A stretch of DNA of 64,000 nt from an uncultured Verrucomicrobiae bacterium (GTDB lineage: Bacteria; Verrucomicrobiota; Verrucomicrobiia; Chthoniobacterales; UBA10450), in the NCBI GenBank assembly GCA_963726745.1, contig CAVSDR010000006.1, positions 864,001 to 928,000 of the forward strand. Direction: 5' to 3'. Position 1 is the stretch's first letter; each line of letters opens with the position of its first letter. This document shows, piece after piece, positions 53,576 through 62,804 of this stretch. The notes below the pieces were generated by a model. It saw only the letters and a program-made list of their open reading frames with translations, had not been told where the DNA came from and did no database searches. The position numbers and the translations under genes are program-made.

Positions 53576-54928
53576 CTACGGACTGCTCGGGCCAAGCACG
53601 GGCACGAAAGTAAACGGCGGGGCCTGCGGAAGATTCGGCACCGGACCCTCCGCGGGCGACTCGGGCAGGGCAGTCTCGTCCGTCGCATCCTTCGGTTCGA
53701 GCATCGTCTTCCCGTCGAGCATGGTCTTGCCATCGATCATGGTTTTGCCGTCAGTCATCTGCGATTCCTGCGCCATGGAAATCGAGCTATTCGCGGCCAG
53801 GAGCAAGCCATTGCTGCCAAAGGCGGCCACTTCCGCGAGTGCGAAAGGCGTGCTCGCATTGTCCGCCGGCGTCCAGCGAACCATGACGTAGCGTCCGGTC
53901 ACTGCGGGAAAGTCGACCGCGGCGCGACCGCGAGTGCCGTCATCAGTCACCGCGCCCACTGCTTTCATTCCGGCCAGCGTGGCCTCGTCCAGGCGAATAT
54001 CTTGCGGCATCCCCTGCACCTCATCGTTTGCGCCGGGAAGCGTCTGCAGGACGAAAAATTCCATCCGGCCAGCGCGAGGGGTGTAAACCGAAGAGAGCCG
54101 GCGCAGGCTCGAAACTTTCCCAAGATCGATCACGGCAGAAGGCGTGGCGTCCTCAGCTGCGAAGTCGTAAGCCGTGGCCACTTGGTCGTCGATCAAATTG
54201 TTCGCTTTGCCCGGCTCGCTGCCGGAGCTGACGTAAAGGGCGCGGGCCTTCGCGTGGAGATCATTCAAGCTATAGGAAATGAGGGCGAAGCTGTCGCTCT
54301 TGTCCTGGACGGCCGATTGGCTGGCCCGCGGCGCGGTGAAATCCGAAACCTGCGGGCTAGCGTAAACGCCGAACCCAGCGATGCGGCCGGCCTGCTTGAG
54401 GTTGAAAGTGAGTTTGACGTATTTCGCTTCCGTCGGACCGACATTGGCGTGGAGGTCGCGGGCCAGTTCCTGCTGAACGAGCGTGCGCCACTGGGGGCTA
54501 TTAGCCGGCAACTTGGCGCTCGAGGAAGCGACCGTCACTTCGCCTTGCGCGCCCTCGCTCAGGAAAGAAACACTGTTGATGTTCTCGACCTTCGGCAGGG
54601 AAACCAACAGGGTCGTCTCTCCGGCCGGGAGAGCGTAGCCGACCGTGGGATCGTTGCAGAGGAGCGCGGCTTCCGCGGCATTCTTGTCGTCCCCGTTCAC
54701 GCTCAACTGCAGGCTGGCAACCGGCTGACTGCGCGGAGCGGCTTCGACATTCGCGCCGAGATGGTAGCGGGCGACGTTTTGCGGGTAAGAGGGGGACTGA
54801 GCGACGGTGAGCGCCGGCACTTTGTGCAGGACAATTTCACCTGCGGAGAGGCAGGGCGCGTGCGAAAGCGAGAGCGTGACGAGCACGGCGGCGGGAGCGA
54901 GGCGAAGGGACGTCTTCATAATTTCCAT
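53576..54928 (-). CDS. Exported beta-rich hypothetical protein with C-terminal DGKTM repeats
   Basis: Signal peptide; two discoidin-like-looking halves (KYVKLTF, RYVMVRW); own promoter and terminator. Confidence 0.72.
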   Translation of the reverse strand: MEIMKTSLRLAPAAVLVTLSLSHAPCLSAGEIVLHKVPALTVAQSPSYPQNVARYHLGANVEAAPRSQPVASLQLSVNGDDKNAAEAALLCNDPTVGYALPAGETTLLVSLPKVENINSVSFLSEGAQGEVTVASSSAKLPANSPQWRTLVQQELARDLHANVGPTEAKYVKLTFNLKQAGRIAGFGVYASPQVSDFTAPRASQSAVQDKSDSFALISYSLNDLHAKARALYVSSGSEPGKANNLIDDQVATAYDFAAEDATPSAVIDLGKVSSLRRLSSVYTPRAGRMEFFVLQTLPGANDEVQGMPQDIRLDEATLAGMKAVGAVTDDGTRGRAAVDFPAVTGRYVMVRWTPADNASTPFALAEVAAFGSNGLLLAANSSISMAQESQMTDGKTMIDGKTMLDGKTMLEPKDATDETALPESPAEGPVPNLPQAPPFTFVPVLGPSSP

Positions 54929-54940
54929 AACAACGGTGGC

Positions 54941-54969
54941 AGAGTAATTAATTCCGGTCGAAGTGGCAA
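54941..54969 (-). promoter_or_regulatory. Sigma70-type promoter
   Basis: TTGCCA-N17-TACTCT on - strand, 12 nt upstream of the ATG at 54928. Confidence 0.6.
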
Positions 54970-55368
54970 TATGAATCTTCGTTTTCCTTGCGTGCGCAAG
55001 AGTTTCCCTGCGGGGCTCACGGGCCGCCGGGAGGTTTTAGACAGCACCTGTCTCCTGGTGGCGGCTCGGTCATACAGCCGGGCATGGTTTACCAGACTCG
55101 TTCCGCACTCTACCGCCAGTCTAACGGCCTCCTCGCCGAGAATGAGGCAATTCATTGTGCGGTTTTTGACCGGCTCTTCGCGGCATGGCTCTACGAGAGC
55201 GCTGGCTAGTCTAACTAGTCGGCTAATTGGTCAGCGTTTTAGCTTTGAGTCCCTGAGCGTGCCCTACTTTCGGCAGGAGGCTTGCCAGATGTCCTGGCTT
55301 CACCTCGAAGTCTGGTCCGCTTAGTCCAGGGCAGTGCGCTGAAAGACTCTGAACGCGAGGAGCGTGTT

Positions 55369-55947
55369 CTAGTTGTTCGCGAAGAGCGGGGCGCTGGCAG
55401 CCCGAAATTTCCGCGTTCCTGAATAAGCATAGAGTGGGACGTAGGAGCGGTCGCCGAGGCTTTCAGAGCGGGTCGCCATCCAATGAAACGTCGGGTCGAG
55501 CACGTAACGACCGGCGCTGGTTTCCCACTGCAGCCAGGCATGGGTCGAACGGCTGTTCGAGGCCCGTTTGCCGATGACCAGACGGACGTTGGTAGCTCCC
55601 TGCTCGAGCATGCGACGGTAGAGCGCAACCGCTTTGCCTTTGCAATCAGCCGGCTGCCCCGATTCGACTTCGGCCGGTGTGCGCCATTCCATGTGGTAGC
55701 CATAAGGGATTTCGCGCAGGCTGCCCATCCATTGATTCACCACGGCCATGGAAATCTCGGAACGATGCGTCGCTGCTCTCGCGGCGAGAACCGGGCGAAT
55801 CCGGCTCATCTGGCGATCGTAAGGGGTCGATTCCACCGGCAGGAGGAGCGCGCCGGCGAAGGCCGAGGCGTTGGCAAAGCAGAACAGGGAGACGAGGAGC
55901 GACAGGATCTTCCGCGCGACAAAGGGCTGGATGCTTATAAGTATCAT
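55369..55947 (-). CDS. Exported transglutaminase-like cysteine peptidase (BTLCP/LapG-like)
   Basis: Signal peptide; WRTPAEV; ADCKGKA; HAWL; VLDPT give a Cys-His-Asp triad. Confidence 0.75.
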   Translation of the reverse strand: MILISIQPFVARKILSLLVSLFCFANASAFAGALLLPVESTPYDRQMSRIRPVLAARAATHRSEISMAVVNQWMGSLREIPYGYHMEWRTPAEVESGQPADCKGKAVALYRRMLEQGATNVRLVIGKRASNSRSTHAWLQWETSAGRYVLDPTFHWMATRSESLGDRSYVPLYAYSGTRKFRAASAPLFANN

Positions 55948-55967
55948 AGCGAGTATTCCCTACAGTA

Positions 55968-55983
55968 AGCACCGCCTGTGCCA
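55968..55983 (-). promoter_or_regulatory. Sigma54 (-24/-12) promoter
   Basis: TGGCAC-AGGCG-GTGCT (GG-N10-GC) 20 nt upstream of the ATG at 55947. Confidence 0.6.
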
Positions 55984-56095
55984 TCGACTCTCTGCTTGTC
56001 CCTGGGAACTCTTCGGTCAGGGTATTTCGGCACCGGCTGGCTTCTCTTCTCCCAATAGAAGGTTCCGTGCCGCCCGAAGTGCGGGCCGGAAAACT

Positions 56096-56540
56096 AGGGG
56101 TGACGACGCGATAGCTCTCAGCGCGCGCCACCACGCTCCGAAAGCGCAGTCTGAGACCGGCCGTAGCGCGGAGGAACCCGACGGTCCCCCGACTTAACGG
56201 TGCGACAGTGGCCGGTCTCGAAGGGCTGACGGCCGCGTTATCAACGCCGCGCAGCGAGAGGGACCAGCGTCGTTGCTCTTCAAGCCGTTGATGCCTGTCC
56301 CATCCAGGTCTCGCGGGATCGGAGCCAGGGGCAGTCACAGCCCGATTTTGCCGACAACCTCGCAGTGAGCCTAGAGCGGTGCGTAAGCGGTGAAAGACCG
56401 AAGGATTTCGCCTGCCGGAGGAGTCACCTCCTTCAGCCTCTTCGATACCCAATCCTGCGAAACCCGGCCGGATTTCACATTCTCGCGAGTCCGCGCAGGC
56501 CCAGTCTAGTGGCGAGATCTCAAACGCGAGGGGGCGGTCA
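56096..56540 (+). ncRNA. Candidate large structured RNA, family not recognised
   Basis: Nested 14-, 12- and 9-bp helices containing G-U pairs that form only on + strand; no credible ORF. Confidence 0.35.
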
Positions 56541-56556
56541 CGCCCTCAATATGCAC

Positions 56557-56587
56557 AAAGGGCGGGCAGCTTTCGCCGCCCGCCCTT
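56557..56587 (-). terminator. Terminator of the TonB-dependent receptor gene
   Basis: On - strand AAGGGCGGGCGGC-GAAA-GCTGCCCGCCCTTT. Confidence 0.75.
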
Positions 56588-56609
56588 CGGAATTTGGAAT
56601 ACTAGGCTC

Positions 56610-59600
56610 TTAGAACTTCTTGTTCAGAGCGACGTAGTAGTAACGATTGCGGATGGAATACAGCGACGTGTCGTAGTTGTCGTTGAACGCACCCAGCACG
56701 GTTGGCGGGTAGCGATCGAAGACGTTGTTCACGCCCACGGTCACCTTGGTGCCCCACAGCATGCGCTGGAAGAAGGAACCGTTGTTTTCCACGCCAGCGA
56801 CGGCGCTCATCGCGCTCTTCGCGTCCTTGGCATCCTTGGAGTAGCCAGCGGCCGCTTCCATCTGAGGCTTGATGAACTCGTAGCTCAGCTGCAAGTCGAG
56901 GGTCTCGTAAGAGGACACGCGATGGTGCAGGATGAAGTTCGGGTTCGCCATCGTGCCGCCACCAGCGCCCACAGGGCCGGCGAGGTCGTTGCCGAAGATG
57001 AACTGAGGATCATCCTCGTAGTCGCCGATGTAGTTAACCGTGGCCACGAAGTCGAGGCCCTTCCAATTCCACTCGCCGCGGAGGAAGCCCTTGTTGAAGG
57101 GGATGCCACCAGGGGCCAACGGGAAGGTGCCGTTGTTGTAGTCACCGAGGAAGTTGTGCAGCTCGAATCCGGGGATACCGAGACCGGCCTTCCAGGTGAA
57201 GAAGTGGTTCCAACCAGCGGAGAAGGTGAACGTGCCGAGCTTTTGGGTCGGGATTTCATACACCGCGGTAACGTCGAGACCGTTGACCAAGCGCGCACCG
57301 GCATTACCGACTGCGGAGTCGATCGTGCGGAGGGTGCCATCTGGGTTACGGGTAATACCAAGGCCAGGACCGCCGCCGGGCTCGAGGACGGGACCGTCTG
57401 GATCGAGGGTGCCCGTCGAGAGGAGGACCTGCGCGAAGTCAGCCGCACCAAGAATCAGGTTCGTGGTGTAGATCTGATAAATGTCCGCCGTGATCGTGAA
57501 ACCAGGCAGCCACTTCGGCGTGTAGACGAGACCGGCCGAGTAAGCGTCGGAGAGTTCCGGCGTGGTCGCGAGATTGCCGCTCTGCGAGACGCCGTCTGGC
57601 GGCTGCAGGGTGACGCGGACAGCCGGGTCAAACAGCTGTGGGAAGTTCTGCGTCACAGGATCGAACAGGTTCGCCGGCGACGGTGAGCGGAACGACTGGT
57701 TCCAGTTAGCACGGAGCGTCAAGTCGGCGATCGGCTGGTAGCGGATCGAGATACGAGGCGTGCCACCGAAGTCTTCGTTCGGGTTCGAGTTGTCGAACGA
57801 GGCGGTGTTGTGCGTGTACTGGTCTTTGTCGTTAAACTTCTCGTAGCGATAGGCAATCGAGAGCTCCAGGGAGCGAACGAACGGGACGTTCATCGTCGAG
57901 GTGACGATCGGGAGGTTCAACTCGGCGAAAACCGAGTCAACTTCCTGGAGCGTCTTCGTGCGAGGAGCCTGGTTGAAACCGAGCTGATCGTTCCCCGCCT
58001 GCACTGGATCAGGAGTCGAGCTCTGAGCGATCTGGCGATGCTCGTAGCCAACCGCCATGTCGATGCCGCCATTCCAGAGATTCGGGAAGAGGTGGGCATT
58101 CACTTTCGCGTCATAGAGCCAGTCGCGCTCGAAGAAGAGCGAGTTGGCAATGTAGGACGCGCCGCCTTCGGTCACGAGGGCGCTGGCCGAGAGGTTGTTG
58201 TAAGGTGCCATCAATCCGGTCGGCAAACCATTCACGTAAGTCGGCGCAGTGCCAACCGGAAGAGCGTTTTGTCCGATGAATGGGTTGAAGGTATTCGAGG
58301 CGATGAGGCCACGAATGGCGCTCCTGGTGGCATCACCGCTATCGGTGCGGCGCTCGTCGAAACGTTCGTAGACCAAGCCAGTGTCGTAGCCAAAGCGGCT
58401 GATGAACCCGTTACCCTGGAAGTTGAAGTCGCCATTCAGGCCGACCACGTAGCGGTAGTAATCGTGATTGTAGAACGAGCGGCGGTTGCCGAGTTCCTGC
58501 ACCAGACGATAACGGACCGAGCCGAGGCGGTTGCCGAACGGATTGAAGGTCGATGCCCGCGCTTCGTTCAGACCGTTGCCCGCGTTGGTAATCGAGAACG
58601 GAGCCGGGGCAAGACCGTTGTCTTGCTTGGTCTTCGAATACATCAGGTCGCCGTAGATCTGGAGGCCATCGCCGAAGATCTTGTAGCGGCCCGTCACGTA
58701 ATACATCGCCTTCTCGATCGCAGGGATCGCGGGCGTGTAGTCACGGAAGTTAAAACGCGCCGGATCGGTGCCAGCCGGAACGTCAAACGGGCGATAGCTC
58801 GCGGGCGTAACGTTCGTGGTCGACAGATTGCTGAGAACCAACTGGCCTGTCGTTGGGAACGGCGTCGCGCCCGGACGGGGAGCACCCGTGAGGACAGACA
58901 CGCGGCCAGCGAAAGTCGGGCTGTTGTTGTTCAAACCACCACGGCCGAGGCCAGGAGGGATGTTGGTGAGGTTACCGGAACCAGCCAGCTGCGCGCGGTC
59001 ACGCGAGAAGAGGTTGGCGCGGGAGTAATATTCACCAGAAGCCGCGACTGAGACTTTGTCGGTCTTGACACCACCACGGATCCAAACCTGACGGACATGG
59101 GAGTCGGTCTCGGTTGTGTTTCCGTAGAGCATGTTCACTTCAGCGCCTTCGTACGGAGCTTCACCTGGGCCGTTGAGCATGATGAAGTTGACCACGCCGG
59201 CGACGGCGTCAGAGCCGTAAATAGCGGAGGCACCGTCTTTCAGCACTTCCGTGCGACGGAGGCCGCCGATTGGGATCGCGTTGACGTCGGCGAATTCGAA
59301 AGCACGACGACCGTTGATAAGGGTGAGGACGTTCTCCTGGCCGATAGCGCGCAGGTTGATGAAGGCCTGGCCGTTACCGCCGTTCGAGTCGTTTTCCGTG
59401 GACGCGTTACCCACGAAGGAGGGCAACTGGCGCAGACCTTCCACCGGGGTATTGGCGCCCTGCTTCTGCAGGACTTCCGCGGTGTACACGGTCACGGGGA
59501 GAGCGGATTCCGTCTCGGCCGTCGGGATGTAGGAACCGGTCACGATAACGCGCTCGGTGGTAGCAGCGCCGCTGGTAGCGGCCGCAGGCACGATGGCCTG

Positions 59601-59720
59601 GTTTTCGATCGGGGCTGGTTCCTGCGCAAAAGCGCTGGCCCCCGTGAGGATAGGAATTCCGACGCCAACCGCGAGGGCGGAGCGCAGGAAGCCTAACTTA
59701 TTAGACACGTGTCTGATCAT
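56610..59720 (-). CDS. TonB-dependent receptor
   Basis: Signal peptide; ERVIVTGS TonB box; INGRR; EVLKDGASAIYGSDAVAGVVN plug; C-terminal YYYVALNKKF; GGAG RBS before 59720. Confidence 0.95.
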   Translation of the reverse strand: MIRHVSNKLGFLRSALAVGVGIPILTGASAFAQEPAPIENQAIVPAAATSGAATTERVIVTGSYIPTAETESALPVTVYTAEVLQKQGANTPVEGLRQLPSFVGNASTENDSNGGNGQAFINLRAIGQENVLTLINGRRAFEFADVNAIPIGGLRRTEVLKDGASAIYGSDAVAGVVNFIMLNGPGEAPYEGAEVNMLYGNTTETDSHVRQVWIRGGVKTDKVSVAASGEYYSRANLFSRDRAQLAGSGNLTNIPPGLGRGGLNNNSPTFAGRVSVLTGAPRPGATPFPTTGQLVLSNLSTTNVTPASYRPFDVPAGTDPARFNFRDYTPAIPAIEKAMYYVTGRYKIFGDGLQIYGDLMYSKTKQDNGLAPAPFSITNAGNGLNEARASTFNPFGNRLGSVRYRLVQELGNRRSFYNHDYYRYVVGLNGDFNFQGNGFISRFGYDTGLVYERFDERRTDSGDATRSAIRGLIASNTFNPFIGQNALPVGTAPTYVNGLPTGLMAPYNNLSASALVTEGGASYIANSLFFERDWLYDAKVNAHLFPNLWNGGIDMAVGYEHRQIAQSSTPDPVQAGNDQLGFNQAPRTKTLQEVDSVFAELNLPIVTSTMNVPFVRSLELSIAYRYEKFNDKDQYTHNTASFDNSNPNEDFGGTPRISIRYQPIADLTLRANWNQSFRSPSPANLFDPVTQNFPQLFDPAVRVTLQPPDGVSQSGNLATTPELSDAYSAGLVYTPKWLPGFTITADIYQIYTTNLILGAADFAQVLLSTGTLDPDGPVLEPGGGPGLGITRNPDGTLRTIDSAVGNAGARLVNGLDVTAVYEIPTQKLGTFTFSAGWNHFFTWKAGLGIPGFELHNFLGDYNNGTFPLAPGGIPFNKGFLRGEWNWKGLDFVATVNYIGDYEDDPQFIFGNDLAGPVGAGGGTMANPNFILHHRVSSYETLDLQLSYEFIKPQMEAAAGYSKDAKDAKSAMSAVAGVENNGSFFQRMLWGTKVTVGVNNVFDRYPPTVLGAFNDNYDTSLYSIRNRYYYVALNKKF

Positions 59721-60037
59721 TAGTTTCTCCATTGGTTTGGTTAGGTTTGGGCGTGAGGAATACGGAAGTAAGCGAAACGTGACAAGGCTTTTTTTTACTT
59801 TTTTCAAAAATCTTTGAACGCCCGGACGGGGCGCGCTGTCTCCGAAAAGCCGCCGTCGCTCCCGATTGCCGGGTTTCCTCGGTGCGCCCCACCCCGCATG
59901 GGAACGGTCTAACGAGCCCTGCGGCCGCGGCGCGACGCTGTCCCGACGGACGATGTTGCTGGCTAATTTGCCTCCGCCCTCGGCCACTGCGCGGTGCGCC
60001 GAATTGCGGTTTCTCCGGAGCAGATATAAATGCGGGG

Positions 60038-60643
60038 ATGTTTACCGGCCTGGTCGAGGAAGTGGGACGCGTGCTCTGGATTCGCGCGACGGACCGCGGC
60101 ACGCAGCTGCAGCTGACGGCGCCCGCGATTTCCCAAACCGTGCGCAAGGGCGACAGCATCTCGGTGAACGGCTGCTGCCTCACAGTCAAGGCGCATCGCG
60201 GGGAAGAGCTCACCTTCGATTTGCTCGAGGAAACGCTGGAGCGAACGAACCTTCGCGCGCTCCGCCGCGAAAGCGGGGTTAATCTCGAGCGTGCCCTTGC
60301 GGCCGGCGCGCCTCTGGGCGGCCACTTCGTCCAGGGGCACATCGATTGCGCGGCCCGCGTCGTCGCCTTCGAGGAAATCGGCACCGACCACCGCCTCGAG
60401 GTCGAGCTGCCGGACGACTTCGCACACTACGTCGCCTTCAAGGGCTCGATTGCGATCAACGGCGTGAGCCTGACCGTGGCCGAGGTGCTCTCCCAAAGCC
60501 TGGCCGTCTGGATCATTCCGCACACCCGCCGGGCGACGAATTTTTCCTCGTTAGGCGCGGGCGACCAGGTGAACCTGGAGTTCGACTTGCTGGCAAAATA
60601 CGTCGAGCGCATGCTCGCGCGGCAGACGCCGCAGATGCCCTAA
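60038..60643 (+). CDS. ribE: Riboflavin synthase (alpha chain)
   Basis: MFTGLVEE; GDSISVNGCCLT; VNLERAL; GGHFVQGHID; IIPHT. Confidence 0.96.
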   Translation: MFTGLVEEVGRVLWIRATDRGTQLQLTAPAISQTVRKGDSISVNGCCLTVKAHRGEELTFDLLEETLERTNLRALRRESGVNLERALAAGAPLGGHFVQGHIDCAARVVAFEEIGTDHRLEVELPDDFAHYVAFKGSIAINGVSLTVAEVLSQSLAVWIIPHTRRATNFSSLGAGDQVNLEFDLLAKYVERMLARQTPQMP

Positions 60644-60648
60644 CGACA

Positions 60649-62040
60649 CTACTTCGCGCCCAGCCCGAAGACGACCGTCGGGACAGTGCGCGCAAGAATC
60701 TTGAAGTCGAGCCCTAACGACCACTGGTCGATGTACTCGAGGTCGAGCTTCACCCAATCGCGAAAATCGCGCACCTCATTCCGGCCGCGCACCTGCCAGA
60801 GACAGGTCAGACCGGGCTTCACGCTCAGGCGACGGCGTTGCGCGGTGTTCTCGAATTTCTCCACCTCGTAGAGCGGGAGCGGCCGGGGCCCGACGAGGCT
60901 CATGTCGCCCAGGAGCACGTTGAGCAATTGCGGCGTTTCATCGAAGCTCGTGCGCCGCAGCCAGCGGCCAAAGGGCGTCACGCGGGGGTCGTTCTCCACT
61001 TTAAAAACCGGGCCGCTCATCTGATTAAACGGCAGGAGATCGGCCCGACGCTGCTCGGCATCGTCCGACATCGAGCGGAATTTATACATCGTAAACGGCT
61101 TCCCATGCTTGCCCGCGCGCTGTTGGCGGAAAATAGCCGACCCGCTGGAGGTGAGGCGCACGATCAAGGCCACCACCAGCATCGGCAACGCCAGCACCAG
61201 CAGCGCGGTCAATGCGCCCAGCCAATCGATCACGCGCTTGAGCAAGAGCGCCCACGAGACCTCCGGGGTCGACCGAAAGACGAGCATCGGCCGCCCGGCA
61301 AAAGCGTCGAAGTCCGGCTTCGCGATCGAGGTTTGAATGAAGTCCGCCACCAGCCAGGCGGGCACGCCTTCGACTTCGCAAGCGCCGATCGCCTGCTCCA
61401 CGCGATTGAGCTGGCTGTGGCCGGCGGCAAAGATCACCCGCGTGACCGAGTGACGATGGAGCGCCTCCACCAGATCGGAGAGCGGCTGCTGCTCGATGTC
61501 GATCCGGTCGACGATGTGGAGCAACATCCGCTGCTCGTCAGTGAAGGTCCGCTCGAGCGCGGCGATGTCCTGCGGCACCCCGGCCAGGAGAATGCGCTCC
61601 CGCATTTCCCCGCGCCGCGCGCGACGGCGGACGACCGCGATGATGATCCGTTCCTTGACCATCAGGACGACCGTCGAGAGCGCGATGAAGAGCAGCGGCA
61701 GGGTGCGATTGATCAAGGGCAGGCGCAGGAAAATCACGCAGGCGCTGGCTACAATGCTCAGGTAAAGCATCGCCTGCATGATCTGCATGAACGAACGCCA
61801 GCGACTCTTCGTTAGGGGCGTTTGGTAGAAACCCTGGAGATCGAGCAGGATCGGTCCGAAGGCCATCACCACCACGATGAGCCAGTGGTAGTTTTTGAAT
61901 TGGTCGATCGTCTGCTCCAGCCCGAACCATTGGGTCGCGTAAAGCCGGAGCACGTAGGAGACGTACAGCGTCAGCGCGAGCAGGAACGAATCCATGATCT
62001 GCTGGAGCTGGGTATTTATTTCCTGTCGACGGGGAAGCAT
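60649..62040 (-). CDS. Priming polyprenyl-phosphate sugar-1-phosphate transferase (WcaJ/WbaP family)
   Basis: KRVID; YKFRSM; DPRVT; DETPQLLNVLLGDMSLVGPRP; KPGLT; DLEYI. Confidence 0.93.
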   Translation of the reverse strand: MLPRRQEINTQLQQIMDSFLLALTLYVSYVLRLYATQWFGLEQTIDQFKNYHWLIVVVMAFGPILLDLQGFYQTPLTKSRWRSFMQIMQAMLYLSIVASACVIFLRLPLINRTLPLLFIALSTVVLMVKERIIIAVVRRRARRGEMRERILLAGVPQDIAALERTFTDEQRMLLHIVDRIDIEQQPLSDLVEALHRHSVTRVIFAAGHSQLNRVEQAIGACEVEGVPAWLVADFIQTSIAKPDFDAFAGRPMLVFRSTPEVSWALLLKRVIDWLGALTALLVLALPMLVVALIVRLTSSGSAIFRQQRAGKHGKPFTMYKFRSMSDDAEQRRADLLPFNQMSGPVFKVENDPRVTPFGRWLRRTSFDETPQLLNVLLGDMSLVGPRPLPLYEVEKFENTAQRRRLSVKPGLTCLWQVRGRNEVRDFRDWVKLDLEYIDQWSLGLDFKILARTVPTVVFGLGAK

Positions 62041-62058
62041 GCTATCGGGCGAGGCGGA

Positions 62059-62802
62059 ATGGTTGCCGGGAATAATAAGACACCGCGCTCGTGGAGCAAA
62101 GCCCTCACTGCGCGACCGCGCCTGGTCGCGGTCATCACCGACGCGGCGGAGCTCGCGCGGGCCGGGCGGCTTCGGCGTCTACCGGACTTTTTCGAGGTGC
62201 GGCTGGACGCGCTCCATCCCTTGAATTCAGCCACACTCGCTGCGATCGAGCGCCTGCCGGCGCCGCGCATCCTGACGGCGCGGCACCCGGAGGAAGGCGG
62301 ACTTCACCAGATGAGCCCAGCGCAGCGGCGAGCGCTCTTGGAGGCATACCTTCCGCGGGCCGGGTTGATCGATGTGGAACTGCGAGCGGCCGAGAAATTA
62401 GCCGACATTTTGGAAACGGCCCGCCGCGCCGGCGTGGGACGCATTCTCTCGGTGCACGACTTCCACCGCGCGCCCACGCTGGAACGGCTCGAGGGCTGGC
62501 TTCGCGCAGCCGCGCTTTTCCGGCCGGAGGTCTTCAAGGTCGCCGTCCGCACCGACGACGCCGAGGAATTCGCCTGCCTGCTCGAGTTCTTCCAGAAACA
62601 TCGCCGCCGCACTGCGCTCGCGGCCATGGGGGTGGGCGCCTGGGGTCGCCGCGCTCGCCTGGAGCTCGCCCGCCGCGGCTCTGTTTTGAACTACGCCCAC
62701 CTCGGCCAGGCGCGCGTCCCCGGCCAGCTCGCGCTCGCGGAACTGCGGCGCACCGGGCACTTCGGCCCATCTCCCAAGGGCAGCGCGGCGTATATATACT
62801 AG
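62059..62802 (+). CDS. aroD: Type I 3-dehydroquinate dehydratase
   Basis: EVRLD; LTARHPEEGG; IDVEL; SVHDF; KVAV; AMG; PGQ. Confidence 0.85.
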   Translation: MVAGNNKTPRSWSKALTARPRLVAVITDAAELARAGRLRRLPDFFEVRLDALHPLNSATLAAIERLPAPRILTARHPEEGGLHQMSPAQRRALLEAYLPRAGLIDVELRAAEKLADILETARRAGVGRILSVHDFHRAPTLERLEGWLRAAALFRPEVFKVAVRTDDAEEFACLLEFFQKHRRRTALAAMGVGAWGRRARLELARRGSVLNYAHLGQARVPGQLALAELRRTGHFGPSPKGSAAYIY

Positions 62803-62804
62803 AA

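Noticed and set aside
55235..55290. c-di-GMP-I riboswitch on the - strand (GGCAAGCC...GAAA...GACTCAAAGC)
   Set aside because: Only partial resemblance; the second stem and tetraloop receptor could not be built, and the downstream gene has its own proximal promoter
56200..56400. Group II intron (GTGCGAC at 56200; GAGCGG...GTGAAA near 56375)
   Set aside because: No proper domain V hairpin, far too short and no RT ORF
56096..56547. tmRNA or RNase P RNA
   Set aside because: No tRNA-like T-arm or CCA end and no GAGGAAAGUCC signature
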